This document shows positions 55,618-64,000 of a DNA stretch of 64,000 nt, piece after piece. Within the stretch, counting starts at the first letter, position 1. Every line of letters starts with the position of its first letter. Under the pieces are notes generated by a model that did not search any database, was not told the origin of the DNA, and saw only the letters and a program-made list of their open reading frames with translations. The stretch covers positions 11,926-75,925 of the forward strand of contig CAMKBC010000002.1 of assembly GCA_946410665.1 (NCBI GenBank), read 5' to 3'. Source of the stretch: an uncultured Clostridia bacterium (GTDB taxonomy: Bacteria; Bacillota; Clostridia; TANB77; CAG-508). Made by a program: the position numbers and the translations under genes.

Positions 55618-56547
55618 ATGAGAAAAAGTAATTTAGATGAAGAAAATAATGAAGTAGTTAATCAAAAAGAAGAAACAGCTCAAGTTGAACCCAAAGTAGA
55701 ACAAGCAGCTGAGCAACCTAAAGAAGTTTCAACTGAAGAAGTTAAGGCGGGAGTTAAAGAAGATTTAAACAAAGATAACACACCATTTAATAATCCTATT
55801 TATGATGAGGTTAATCCATCTAGATTACAACATGACAATCATAACGATAATAGAATCGACAAGTTTGGAAACATTGAAGAAGAATCTGAAGAAAGACCAG
55901 AACCAAAAAAGAGAATGAATCCAAAGCTTAAAGCTGTTCTTGAATGGGTATATTGCATAATAATTGCAGTAGTAATTGCAATTGTTATTAAATATTTCAT
56001 TGGTGCACCTACAGTAGTTAGACAAGAATCAATGGACCCAACATTAAAACCTGGTGATAGATTAATTCTAAATAGAATATGCAGAACATTCCATCAAGAA
56101 TACGAAAAAGGCGATATTATTACTTTTACAGCACCTTCAAATGATTCAATACAACAAACAAATATTGATCAAAAGAATCCAGTAGCTAAATACGAAAATG
56201 AACCAACAAATCCATTTGAATCATTTGTTTATTATGTTTTAGAAATTGGAAAAACAAGTTTTATTAAGAGAATTGTAGCAACAGCAGGTGATCACGTAGT
56301 AATAAAAGATGGTAAAGTATTTGTAAATGGACATCAATTAGTAGAAGATTATTTACCAGCAGGAACAGAGACATTTTCAGAGAATTACAATGATTTTGTT
56401 GTTCCTGATGGATATGTATTTGCAGTAGGTGATAACAGATCTGTATCACTTGATTGCAGAGCGTTTGGATGTATTCCAATCGACAAGATTGAAGGAAAAG
56501 TTGTTTTAAGATTCTTCCCATTTGATAAATTTGGCGGAGTTGATTAA
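55618..56547 (+). CDS. lepB: Signal peptidase I with an unusually long (about 105 aa) acidic N-terminal cytoplasmic extension
   Basis: The catalytic Ser lies in RQESMDPTLKPGD, the Lys box is FIKRIVATAGD, and GDNRSVSLDCRAFG follows. One TM segment sits before the catalytic domain. Confidence 0.85.
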   Translation: MRKSNLDEENNEVVNQKEETAQVEPKVEQAAEQPKEVSTEEVKAGVKEDLNKDNTPFNNPIYDEVNPSRLQHDNHNDNRIDKFGNIEEESEERPEPKKRMNPKLKAVLEWVYCIIIAVVIAIVIKYFIGAPTVVRQESMDPTLKPGDRLILNRICRTFHQEYEKGDIITFTAPSNDSIQQTNIDQKNPVAKYENEPTNPFESFVYYVLEIGKTSFIKRIVATAGDHVVIKDGKVFVNGHQLVEDYLPAGTETFSENYNDFVVPDGYVFAVGDNRSVSLDCRAFGCIPIDKIEGKVVLRFFPFDKFGGVD

Positions 56548-56568
56548 TAATATTTATGGAGGAGAAAA

Positions 56569-57423
56569 TTGTTTAACGATTTAGTTGGAAATGCTGAAGT
56601 AAAAAAATATTTAGAAAAAACAATTGAGTTAGACAATGCTTCTCATAGTTATATGTTTGTTGGAAAATCAGGCATTGGCAAGAGATTGTTTGCTAGAGAA
56701 TTTGCAAAGAAATTATTATGCTTAGACAAAAACTGCGATGGAACTTGCGATTCTTGTATCAAGTTTGATGCAGGAACACATACTGATTTTTACGAACTCG
56801 AGCCAGATGGCAACATGATCAAGATTTCACAAATCAGATCATTATTAGAAAAGATATCGGTTAAACCGGTTACTTCAAGTAAAAAGGTTTACATTATAAA
56901 TGATGCTGACAAGATGAATCAAGAAAGCCAAAATAGCTTATTGAAAACATTAGAAGAGCCAGCAGAATATGTTACTATAATATTAATAGTAGAAAATGAA
57001 AATATTATCTTACCTACAATCAAATCAAGATGTATTAAGGTAAGCTTCAACAAATTAAAACAAGAAGATATAAAGAAGATTAATCCAGAAATCTCAGATG
57101 AATTAATTGAGATTTTAGATGGAAGTATGAGTAATGTTTCCACAATTTCTGCAAATATTGTGGATTACGAAGCAATAAAAACTCTAATTGGAGAAATTAA
57201 AAGTAAGCCATTACAAGAATTTTTGAAAGATGCAGATGTTTTATACAATGGCAAAGACAATATTAATTCTTTCCTAGAGTATATGAATATTTTGTTTTTT
57301 AAAAATGGCATGATTGATGCAGTTGAACATGTTGAAAAAACAAAACAAAAATTATTGATGAATAATAATTATGAAATGTGTATTGATTATTTATTAATGA
57401 ACGCATGGAAATCAGTACATTAA
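56569..57423 (+). CDS. holB: DNA polymerase III delta-prime subunit
   Basis: The start is TTG. SHSYMFVGKSGIGK, the zinc-module-like segment C.DK.C.GTCDSC, and YIINDADKMNQESQNSLLKTLEEP are present. Confidence 0.85.
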   Translation: MFNDLVGNAEVKKYLEKTIELDNASHSYMFVGKSGIGKRLFAREFAKKLLCLDKNCDGTCDSCIKFDAGTHTDFYELEPDGNMIKISQIRSLLEKISVKPVTSSKKVYIINDADKMNQESQNSLLKTLEEPAEYVTIILIVENENIILPTIKSRCIKVSFNKLKQEDIKKINPEISDELIEILDGSMSNVSTISANIVDYEAIKTLIGEIKSKPLQEFLKDADVLYNGKDNINSFLEYMNILFFKNGMIDAVEHVEKTKQKLLMNNNYEMCIDYLLMNAWKSVH

Positions 57424-57502
57424 AATGAAGTGGTTACGAAAGAAAATGTTTAATAGCGACAAGAACTATTAAATAAGTATATATAATAAGAAAGGAAATT
57501 AA

Positions 57503-58432
57503 ATGGTTAAAGCAGCAGGCGTTAGATTTAGTGAGAATGGTAGAATTTATTACTTTAATCCAAACGACATAGAATTAAAAGTAGGTGATCAAGTTATCAC
57601 TGAAACAAGAATGGGACCTGAATTTGGTACTGTTGTTTCTCTAGGAAAACTAGTTGATGAAACAAAGGGTGCCGAACCATTAAAGAAAGTATTAAAACTT
57701 GCTGATGAAAAAGATAAAAAACATCAAGCAGAGAACGAAAAGAAAAATGCTGAAGCATTTGAAACATGCAAGCAAAAGATTAAAGAACACAATCTAGATA
57801 TGACATTAACAGATGCTAAGTATTTGTTTGATAATTCAAAATTGATATTCTCTTTTACAGCAGATAATAGAATAGACTTCAGAGATTTAGTAAAAGATTT
57901 AGCTAGTATATTTAGAACAAGAATTGAACTTAGACAAATCAGTACAAGAGACGAAGTTAAGAAAATTGGCGGATACGGAATGTGCGGTAGAGAATTATGT
58001 TGTTGTTCATTCTTAAAGCAATTTGATGGTGTTTCTATCAAGATGGCTAAAGAGCAAAGTTTATCTTTAGATGCTTCAAAGATTACTGGAGCATGCGGAA
58101 GATTAATGTGTTGTTTAAAATATGAACAAGATGTTTATACAGATATTTTAAAAACATTACCTCATCCAGGCGCATTAGTAAGAACAGAAGAAGATGGAGA
58201 GGGAACAGTTGAAAGTGTTGAAGCTCTAAGACAAGTGGTTAGAGTAAAATTAAAAGACGAAGACGGAAACAATTACTTCAAAAAATACAAAGTTGATGAA
58301 GTAAAAGTTTTAAAAGATACAAAAAAGAGCATTTCACAAGACTTTGCAAGTAAGGAAGAGATGCAAGAATTAAAGAAACTAGAAGCAATGGATAAAGCAG
58401 AAAAGAAGAATTCATCAGGTGATGAGATTTAA
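57503..58432 (+). CDS. ricT: PSP1-domain protein YaaT/RicT (regulatory iron-sulfur protein, stage-0 sporulation/competence)
   Basis: The PSP1 C-terminal domain reads GGYGMCGRELCCCSFL....ITGACGRLMCCLKYE. The conserved holB-yaaT gene order is present. Confidence 0.85.
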   Translation: MVKAAGVRFSENGRIYYFNPNDIELKVGDQVITETRMGPEFGTVVSLGKLVDETKGAEPLKKVLKLADEKDKKHQAENEKKNAEAFETCKQKIKEHNLDMTLTDAKYLFDNSKLIFSFTADNRIDFRDLVKDLASIFRTRIELRQISTRDEVKKIGGYGMCGRELCCCSFLKQFDGVSIKMAKEQSLSLDASKITGACGRLMCCLKYEQDVYTDILKTLPHPGALVRTEEDGEGTVESVEALRQVVRVKLKDEDGNNYFKKYKVDEVKVLKDTKKSISQDFASKEEMQELKKLEAMDKAEKKNSSGDEI

Positions 58433-58452
58433 TTAATTCTGGGAGAATTCGA

Positions 58453-59061
58453 ATGAGAAGAGAAGTTTTAGAAATAATTGAAAGAGAAAAAGAAAAGTAT
58501 AAAACTATAGATATGCACGACGAAAAAGTTTATGATTGTGGTTTTATCACAGTTGATGAAGCGGAATACGACTTAAACAATGGTGAAACAATCAGTAGAC
58601 AAATCATAAAGAAGCAAGGTAAAGATGGAAGCGGAACAATAATATTCCCAATTACTAAAGAAGGAAATGTGGTTATAATTGTAGAACCAAGAGTTGCAGT
58701 TAAAGGTGGAGTATCTGTTGAAGTACCAGCCGGACTTGTAGAAGAAGGCGAAGATGCAGAAGAAGTAGCCAAGAGAGAATTAGTAGAAGAGACAGGCTAC
58801 ATTGGCGAAAAATTCACCAAATTAGTAGATTATTATCCAGATGAGGCATCTAGTAAATCAATAAATTATATTTATTTGGCAGAAGGTTGTGAAAAAAAGA
58901 GTGAACAAGACTTAGATGATGATGAGTATATCTCAACATTAGAAATCACAATTGAAGAATTTGCAGAATTAATTAGATTAGGTTATATTAGAGGTGGAAT
59001 TTCAATAACAGCATATTTAGCAGTTAAAGAATACTTGAATAATAATGAGACAATTAATTAG
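58453..59061 (+). CDS. NUDIX hydrolase (ADP-ribose pyrophosphatase-like)
   Basis: The Nudix box is PAGLVEEGEDAEEVAKRELVEETGY, matching G.5E.7REU.EE.GU. Confidence 0.8.
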   Translation: MRREVLEIIEREKEKYKTIDMHDEKVYDCGFITVDEAEYDLNNGETISRQIIKKQGKDGSGTIIFPITKEGNVVIIVEPRVAVKGGVSVEVPAGLVEEGEDAEEVAKRELVEETGYIGEKFTKLVDYYPDEASSKSINYIYLAEGCEKKSEQDLDDDEYISTLEITIEEFAELIRLGYIRGGISITAYLAVKEYLNNNETIN

Positions 59062-59091
59062 TAAAAGCTAATAATATATAGGAGGTACACA

Positions 59092-60369
59092 ATGAGCGAA
59101 GAGAAGAAAGAAAAGAAAGCTCCAGCTAAGAAGGCAACAACAGCAAAGAAGACTGCAACAAAAGCAACAGCAAATAAAACAGCTACTAAGACAGCAGCAA
59201 AGAAACCAGCAACAAAAGTTGCAAAGACTGCTACAAAAGCTGCAACAAAAACTGCTGCTAAGAAAACAGCTACAAAGGCTGCAACAAAGACAACAGCTAA
59301 GAAGACAGCTGCTAAAAAAACAGCAACAAAAACTACAACAAAGAAAGCAACAACAAAAGCGGCAGCAAAGAAAACTACTGCTAAAACAACTAAGAAAACT
59401 ACAACAAAAAAAGCTCCAGCTAAGAAAACTACTAGAGCAAAGAAAGTTGAAGAAGTAGTTGCTGACGATGCAAAATTAATTCAAGATTTAGAAATGGAAG
59501 AAGCAACACTTAACACAGAGCCAGTAGTAGAAACTCCTGTTGAAGTTCCTGTTGAATCAACTTCAACAAACGAATTTGGAACAACTACAATTAGTGCTGA
59601 AGTAAGCAAAGCTTATGTTCAACAACCAGTAGAAGAACAACCTTTTACTACAACTGTTTCTCAAGAAGAAAAGAAAGCAAGAAAAGGTGGAAGAAAAGTC
59701 ATAATTACTATGGTTATAGTAATTGTGTTAGCAATTGCAGCATTCCTAGGATTATGGTATTTCTCAAAGATTACTGCACACAATAAGATTGTTGATACAT
59801 TAGATAAGTTAAAAGCAGGTGATCAAGCTACAGAAGTTGAATTAATTGATTTAACTAATACACTAGGACTAGATGTACCTACTGAAACTAATACAGAAAA
59901 TGTTTCTGATTTGTTAATTACAAATAATGAAACAAATACAGATACAACTACAAGTTTAACAAACGAAATTATTCAACAAAGCAAGAAAGACGAAAAAGAT
60001 TACATCGATTTCTTTAAGAAGATGGAATACGAAATCGTTGAAGAAAAAGCTGATTTTGTTGATGGATATGTAAAAGTTAAAATTGTTAACAAAAACATTG
60101 GAAAGATTATTAAAAAATACTATGTTAGAGCATTTGCATTATCAATAAGAACTGCTTTCTCAACACAAGAATCTTCTCAAGTTCAAGAAAACCTTGACTC
60201 ATATTTAAAACAACTATTAACAAGTGATGAAATTGAAAGAGTTTCTACAGAAGTTACATTTAAATTAAAGAGAGAAGGATTTGAATGGAAGTTAGACGTT
60301 AACAAAGAAGAATTATGTGACGCTATCTTACCAGGATTAAGAGAACAATTAAAAGATTTTGAGTTCTAA
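59092..60369 (+). CDS. Single-pass membrane protein with an N-terminal histone-H1-like Lys/Ala/Thr repeat tail (about 130 aa) and a C-terminal extracytoplasmic domain
   Basis: The N-terminus carries more than 20 units of (A/T)KK(T/P)A(T/A)K(A/T). The TM segment is KVIITMVIVIVLAIAAFLGLWYF. The C-terminal roughly 200 aa have no recognisable motif. Confidence 0.7.
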   Translation: MSEEKKEKKAPAKKATTAKKTATKATANKTATKTAAKKPATKVAKTATKAATKTAAKKTATKAATKTTAKKTAAKKTATKTTTKKATTKAAAKKTTAKTTKKTTTKKAPAKKTTRAKKVEEVVADDAKLIQDLEMEEATLNTEPVVETPVEVPVESTSTNEFGTTTISAEVSKAYVQQPVEEQPFTTTVSQEEKKARKGGRKVIITMVIVIVLAIAAFLGLWYFSKITAHNKIVDTLDKLKAGDQATEVELIDLTNTLGLDVPTETNTENVSDLLITNNETNTDTTTSLTNEIIQQSKKDEKDYIDFFKKMEYEIVEEKADFVDGYVKVKIVNKNIGKIIKKYYVRAFALSIRTAFSTQESSQVQENLDSYLKQLLTSDEIERVSTEVTFKLKREGFEWKLDVNKEELCDAILPGLREQLKDFEF

Positions 60370-60384
60370 AATAGAATAAATTAA

Positions 60385-60427
60385 GAGACTTTTGAAAGGC
60401 ATTTAGCCTACCAAAAGTCTCTTTTTG
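60385..60427 (+). terminator. Rho-independent terminator
   Basis: The stem agagacttttg/caaaagtctct has a 16-nt loop and is followed by ttttg. Confidence 0.6.
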
Positions 60428-60452
60428 TAACTCACTTGTAAAATGGTTTTTA

Positions 60453-60481
60453 TTGACTTTATATATGCGTAAATATATAAT
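60453..60481 (+). promoter_or_regulatory. Near-consensus sigma-A promoter, TTGACT-17-TATAAT, for the por operon
   Basis: ttgact at 60453-58, a 17-nt spacer, and tataat at 60476-81. Confidence 0.55.
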
Positions 60482-60531
60482 TTTTAGTGAAAAATACTAT
60501 ATAAATAGTGTTTTATTATATGGAGGCTCAC

Positions 60532-61113
60532 ATGAAAGATTTAATTGAAATTAGATGGCATGGAAGAGGTGGCCAAGGTGCAAAAACAGCTTCACTTTTA
60601 TTAGCTGATGCTGCATTCAACACAGGTAAATTTATTCAAGGTTTCCCTGAATATGGACCTGAAAGAATGGGTGCGCCAATTACTGCTTATAATCGTATAA
60701 GCGTAAACCCAATTAGAATTCATAGTAACATCTATGAACCTGATTTTGTTGTAGTTGTAGATGACACTTTATTAAGCTCTGTAGATGTAACAGCAGGACT
60801 TAAGAAAGAAGGAGCAATTGTTATTAATACTACAAAAACAATTGATGAATTAAAACCTTTATTAAAAGGTTATGAAGGAAGAGTTTTTGCAATTGATGCA
60901 AGAGCTGTTTCTGAAGAAGCGCTAGGAAAGTATTTTCCTAATACTCCAATGCTTGCATCTATTGTTAAAGTTTCAGAAGTTATGTCTGAAGAAGATTTTA
61001 TTAAAGATATGGAAGGATCTTTCAAACACAAATTTGCAAAGAAACCAGAAGTTATCGAAGGAAACATGAAAGCGTTAACTTTAGCATTAGAACAAGTTAA
61101 GCAATTACAATAA
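60532..61113 (+). CDS. porG: 2-oxoacid (pyruvate/ketoisovalerate):ferredoxin oxidoreductase, gamma subunit
   Basis: WHGRGGQGAKTASLLLADAA....GFPEYGPERMGAPI is present. The ATG at 60532 has RBS ggagg. The upstream GTG and ATG alternatives lack an RBS. Confidence 0.85.
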   Translation: MKDLIEIRWHGRGGQGAKTASLLLADAAFNTGKFIQGFPEYGPERMGAPITAYNRISVNPIRIHSNIYEPDFVVVVDDTLLSSVDVTAGLKKEGAIVINTTKTIDELKPLLKGYEGRVFAIDARAVSEEALGKYFPNTPMLASIVKVSEVMSEEDFIKDMEGSFKHKFAKKPEVIEGNMKALTLALEQVKQLQ

Positions 61114-61126
61114 GAAGGAGGAAGAG

Positions 61127-61420
61127 ATGGATATAAATAAAGATTCAACTTGGGAAGAATTAACCCCAGGCGGAACAATATATGAAGCAGGAAACGCTAG
61201 AGAATTCAAAACTGGTGACTGGAGAAGTATGACACCAGTATGGATTCCTGAGAAGTGCAAACAATGTGGTCTTTGTTACCCAGTTTGCCCAGATGATGCT
61301 ATTCCTGTAGGAAAAGATTTATGTAGAGGCGAGTTCAATTATGAATATTGCAAAGGTTGCGGAATCTGCGCAAAGGCTTGCCCATTCAAAGCAATAGAGA
61401 TGAGAGAGGAGGGCAAATAA
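61127..61420 (+). CDS. porD: 2-oxoacid:ferredoxin oxidoreductase delta subunit (2 x [4Fe-4S] ferredoxin)
   Basis: The cluster motifs are CKQCGLCYPVCP and CKGCGICAKACP. Confidence 0.9.
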   Translation: MDINKDSTWEELTPGGTIYEAGNAREFKTGDWRSMTPVWIPEKCKQCGLCYPVCPDDAIPVGKDLCRGEFNYEYCKGCGICAKACPFKAIEMREEGK

Positions 61421-61421
61421 T

Positions 61422-62600
61422 ATGAGTATTAGAGAACGTTTAAGTGGTAACGAAGCTACAGCTTATGCCATGAAACAAATTAATCCTGATGTTGTTGCTG
61501 CTTTCCCAATTACTCCATCAACAGAAATTCCACAATACTTCTCAACATATGTAGCAAACGGACAAGTTGATACAGAGTTTGTTGCAGTTGAAAGTGAGCA
61601 TAGTGCAATGAGTGCATGTATCGGTGCTGAAGCAGCAGGAGCTAGAGCTATGACAGCAACTTCTGCAAACGGACTTGAATATATGTGGGAGATGGTTCAA
61701 ATTGCTTCATCTTCAAGATTACCTATAGTTATGGGACTTGTAAACAGAGCTATTTCAGGACCATTAAATATCCATTGTGATCATACTGATGCAATGAGTG
61801 TTAGAGACGCAGGATGGATAATGTTATTTAGTGAAAACAACCAAGAAGCATATGATAACATGCTTATGGCTCACAGAATTGCAGAGCACAAAGATGTTAT
61901 GCTTCCATTAATGGTATGCCAAGACGGTTTCATTACATCACATGCTATTGAAGCAATTCAACTTGAAGAAGATGAAAAAGTAAAAGCATTTGTTGGTGAA
62001 TATCATCCAGAACATTACTTATTAGATAGAGATAATCCTATTGCAGTAGGTCCTATGGATTTACAACCATACCTAACTGAACATAAGAAACAACAAGCAG
62101 TTGCTATGGCAAATGCAAAACAGGTAATCCTAGATGTAGCAAAAGAATTCGAAGATATGACAGGAAGACATTATGAATTCTTTGAAAGATATCAAATGGA
62201 TGATGCTGAATTTGTAATCGTATGTATGAACTCTACAGCAGGAACAGTAAAAACAGTTGTAGATGAATTAAGAGAACAAGGCATCAAAGCTGGATTATTA
62301 AAAATTAGAGTATTTAGACCTTTCCCAGGTGAAGAAATTGCAGACGCATTGAGAAATGCAAAAGCAGTTGCAGTACTTGATAAAGTTCCATTAGTATCAA
62401 ATGTTGGTGGACCACTTTATGAAGATATTACTTCATCAATGTTTAATAGAGGTGTTCATGTAAACACAATCAACTACACATATGGTGTAGGTGGAAGAGA
62501 CGTTACAGCTGATCAAATTAAGAGTGTTTATCACGACTTACAATACACAACAGATATGAGCGTTCCTTATAGATTTTTAGGATTAAAGGAGGGTAAATAG
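61422..62600 (+). CDS. porA: 2-oxoacid:ferredoxin oxidoreductase alpha subunit
   Basis: The typical N-terminus LSGNEATAYAMKQINPDVVAAFPITPSTEI is present. The protein is 392 aa, and its start overlaps the porD stop. Confidence 0.9.
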   Translation: MSIRERLSGNEATAYAMKQINPDVVAAFPITPSTEIPQYFSTYVANGQVDTEFVAVESEHSAMSACIGAEAAGARAMTATSANGLEYMWEMVQIASSSRLPIVMGLVNRAISGPLNIHCDHTDAMSVRDAGWIMLFSENNQEAYDNMLMAHRIAEHKDVMLPLMVCQDGFITSHAIEAIQLEEDEKVKAFVGEYHPEHYLLDRDNPIAVGPMDLQPYLTEHKKQQAVAMANAKQVILDVAKEFEDMTGRHYEFFERYQMDDAEFVIVCMNSTAGTVKTVVDELREQGIKAGLLKIRVFRPFPGEEIADALRNAKAVAVLDKVPLVSNVGGPLYEDITSSMFNRGVHVNTINYTYGVGGRDVTADQIKSVYHDLQYTTDMSVPYRFLGLKEGK

Positions 62601-62603
62601 TCT

Positions 62604-63563
62604 ATGTATAATGTTAAAGAAATAGTAGCAAATAAGCCATCAAGATTTACAGCAGGACATAGAATGTGTGCAGGTTGTGGTGCTCCAGCTTTAGCTAGAA
62701 TGATTTTAAGAGCAGTTAAGCCAGAAGATCATGTTGTTGTTTCAAATGCAACAGGATGTATGGAAGTTTCAACTTGTATTTATCCATACACAGCATGGTC
62801 AGATTCTTATATTCACACAGCTTTTGAGTGTGCATCAGCAACAGCTTCAGGAGTTGAAGCAGCATACAAATCAATGAAGAAACAAGGTAAATTACCTGCA
62901 GATAAAGATACAAAATTCATCGTATTCGGTGGAGACGGTGGAACATATGATATCGGTATCCAATCACTTTCTGGAGCAATGGAAAGAGGACATAACTTAA
63001 CTTATGTTTGCTATGATAATGGTGCTTATATGAATACAGGTATCCAAAGATCATCAGCAACACCACGTTTTGCAGATACAACAACATCACCAGCAGGAAA
63101 TGTTATTCCTGGAAAGATGCAATCAAGAAAAGATTTAACAGAGATTATGGTACAACACCATATTCCATATGTATGTCAAACAGCTGCAATTGGTGTATTC
63201 CAAGATTTATATGAAAAAGCTGAGAAGGCTATTTACACAGATGGACCAGCATTTATTAATGCATTAGCTCCTTGTCCTAGAGGATGGGGATATTCAACGG
63301 AAGACTTAATGGAAATTAACAAGCTTGCTGTAGAAACATGCTATTGGCCATTATATGAGGTTGTAGATGGCGTATATCACGTAAACTATAAACCAGCAAA
63401 CAAATTACCTGTAAGCGAATGGTTAAAGAAACAAAAGAGATTTAAGCATATGTTTAAACCAGGTAATGAGTGGATGATTGAAGAATTCCAAAAAGAAGTA
63501 GATAAGAGATGGAATGAACTTCTTGCAAAAGAAGAAATGACAAATAAGTCTCAAGAAGCCTAA
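62604..63563 (+). CDS. porB: 2-oxoacid:ferredoxin oxidoreductase beta subunit (TPP-binding)
   Basis: CAGCG is present. The TPP motif is GGDGGTYDIGIQSL.....N..Y.NTG. Confidence 0.9.
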   Translation: MYNVKEIVANKPSRFTAGHRMCAGCGAPALARMILRAVKPEDHVVVSNATGCMEVSTCIYPYTAWSDSYIHTAFECASATASGVEAAYKSMKKQGKLPADKDTKFIVFGGDGGTYDIGIQSLSGAMERGHNLTYVCYDNGAYMNTGIQRSSATPRFADTTTSPAGNVIPGKMQSRKDLTEIMVQHHIPYVCQTAAIGVFQDLYEKAEKAIYTDGPAFINALAPCPRGWGYSTEDLMEINKLAVETCYWPLYEVVDGVYHVNYKPANKLPVSEWLKKQKRFKHMFKPGNEWMIEEFQKEVDKRWNELLAKEEMTNKSQEA

Positions 63564-63608
63564 TTTAAAAGAAAATAAACGTTAGGCAAATAACTAAAAA
63601 ACATAAAA

Positions 63609-63646
63609 CTCTAGTAACTGTAAGTAATGGTTGCTAGAGTTTTTTA
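63609..63646 (+). terminator. Rho-independent terminator of the por operon
   Basis: The stem ctctagtaac/gttgctagag has one mismatch and an 11-nt loop, and is followed by tttttt. Confidence 0.65.
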
Positions 63647-63654
63647 TTCGTGTG

Positions 63655-63683
63655 TTGTAAAAGCCCCAGAAACGTGCTATAAT
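63655..63683 (+). promoter_or_regulatory. Near-consensus sigma-A promoter with extended -10, TTGTAA-17-TGcTATAAT
   Basis: ttgtaa at 63655-60, a 17-nt spacer, and tgctataat at 63675-83. Confidence 0.55.
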
Positions 63684-63755
63684 GGTGGAGATGTTATTTT
63701 TATAACAGGGCGCAATAGGTTAAAGTATTTTTAAATGGTTTTACAGGAGGTTAAC

Positions 63756-64000
63756 ATGAAAAGAATTATTTCACCAGAAACCATTACCGTTAACTTTGTT
63801 CCGGAAGATGTAGAAGATATTTATCCGGAACGGTATCATCAGTTGCCTTACTACCAGGATGAAGGCTACGAGACTGAAGACTATGGTGAATACACCAAAG
63901 TTATCAGAAAAGCAGCTATCAAGGTATGTATCGATGAGACTACTGAGGTTGAGAATGTAGTGTTCAAACTCAAGACTTGGTATGGTCCTAAGAATGCAGA
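63756..64000 (+). CDS. Hypothetical protein, 5' partial (81 codons visible), with atypical GC-richer codon usage
   Basis: RBS acaggagg precedes the ATG at 63756. Codons ccg, cgg, ctg and cag are frequent here and rare in the rest of the window. Confidence 0.55.
   Translation, partial: MKRIISPETITVNFVPEDVEDIYPERYHQLPYYQDEGYETEDYGEYTKVIRKAAIKVCIDETTEVENVVFKLKTWYGPKNA

Noticed and set aside
60508-60531. Upstream GTG and ATG starts for porG (MFYYMEAH...)
   Set aside because: The only RBS (ggagg) is placed for the ATG at 60532, which also matches the conserved Por-gamma N-terminus MKDLIEIRWHGRGG.

Overview
AT-rich (~30% GC) Firmicutes/Clostridia-like chromosomal segment, all on the + strand. About 62% of the window is a surface-adhesin island. 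It holds four very large secreted proteins built from GLUG-like repeats: a C-terminal fragment entering at the 5' edge, then proteins of 2768 aa, about 3842 aa and about 5621 aa. A DUF11 surface protein and a sortase-GT2(cellulose-synthase-like)-GH5 operon sit among them. The two largest genes are tandem paralogs. They share an approximately 90-nt 5' promoter/leader block and a C-terminal module of MucBP repeats plus an LPQT(S/N)E sorting signal, but their central regions are unrelated. The 5621-aa protein additionally carries three LamG/ConA-like lectin domains, beta-helix-like repeats and about 15 MucBP repeats, which suggests mucus or host-glycan adhesion in a gut organism. Between the adhesin genes lie a SpoIIE-like membrane protein with apparently degenerate PP2C motifs, a WG-repeat protein, acpS, tatD and a DUF348-G5-SleB-type cell-wall hydrolase. 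Downstream is an ordinary housekeeping block: exonuclease III, a WalRK-like two-component system, signal peptidase I, holB, yaaT/ricT, a NUDIX hydrolase, a membrane protein with a histone-H1-like KAT-repeat tail, and a porGDAB 2-oxoacid:ferredoxin oxidoreductase operon. A partial gene with atypical codon usage, under a near-consensus promoter, runs off the 3' end. No rRNA, tRNA, CRISPR array, transposase or reverse transcriptase was found. All domain assignments come from motif recognition by eye and need HMM or structure-based confirmation.
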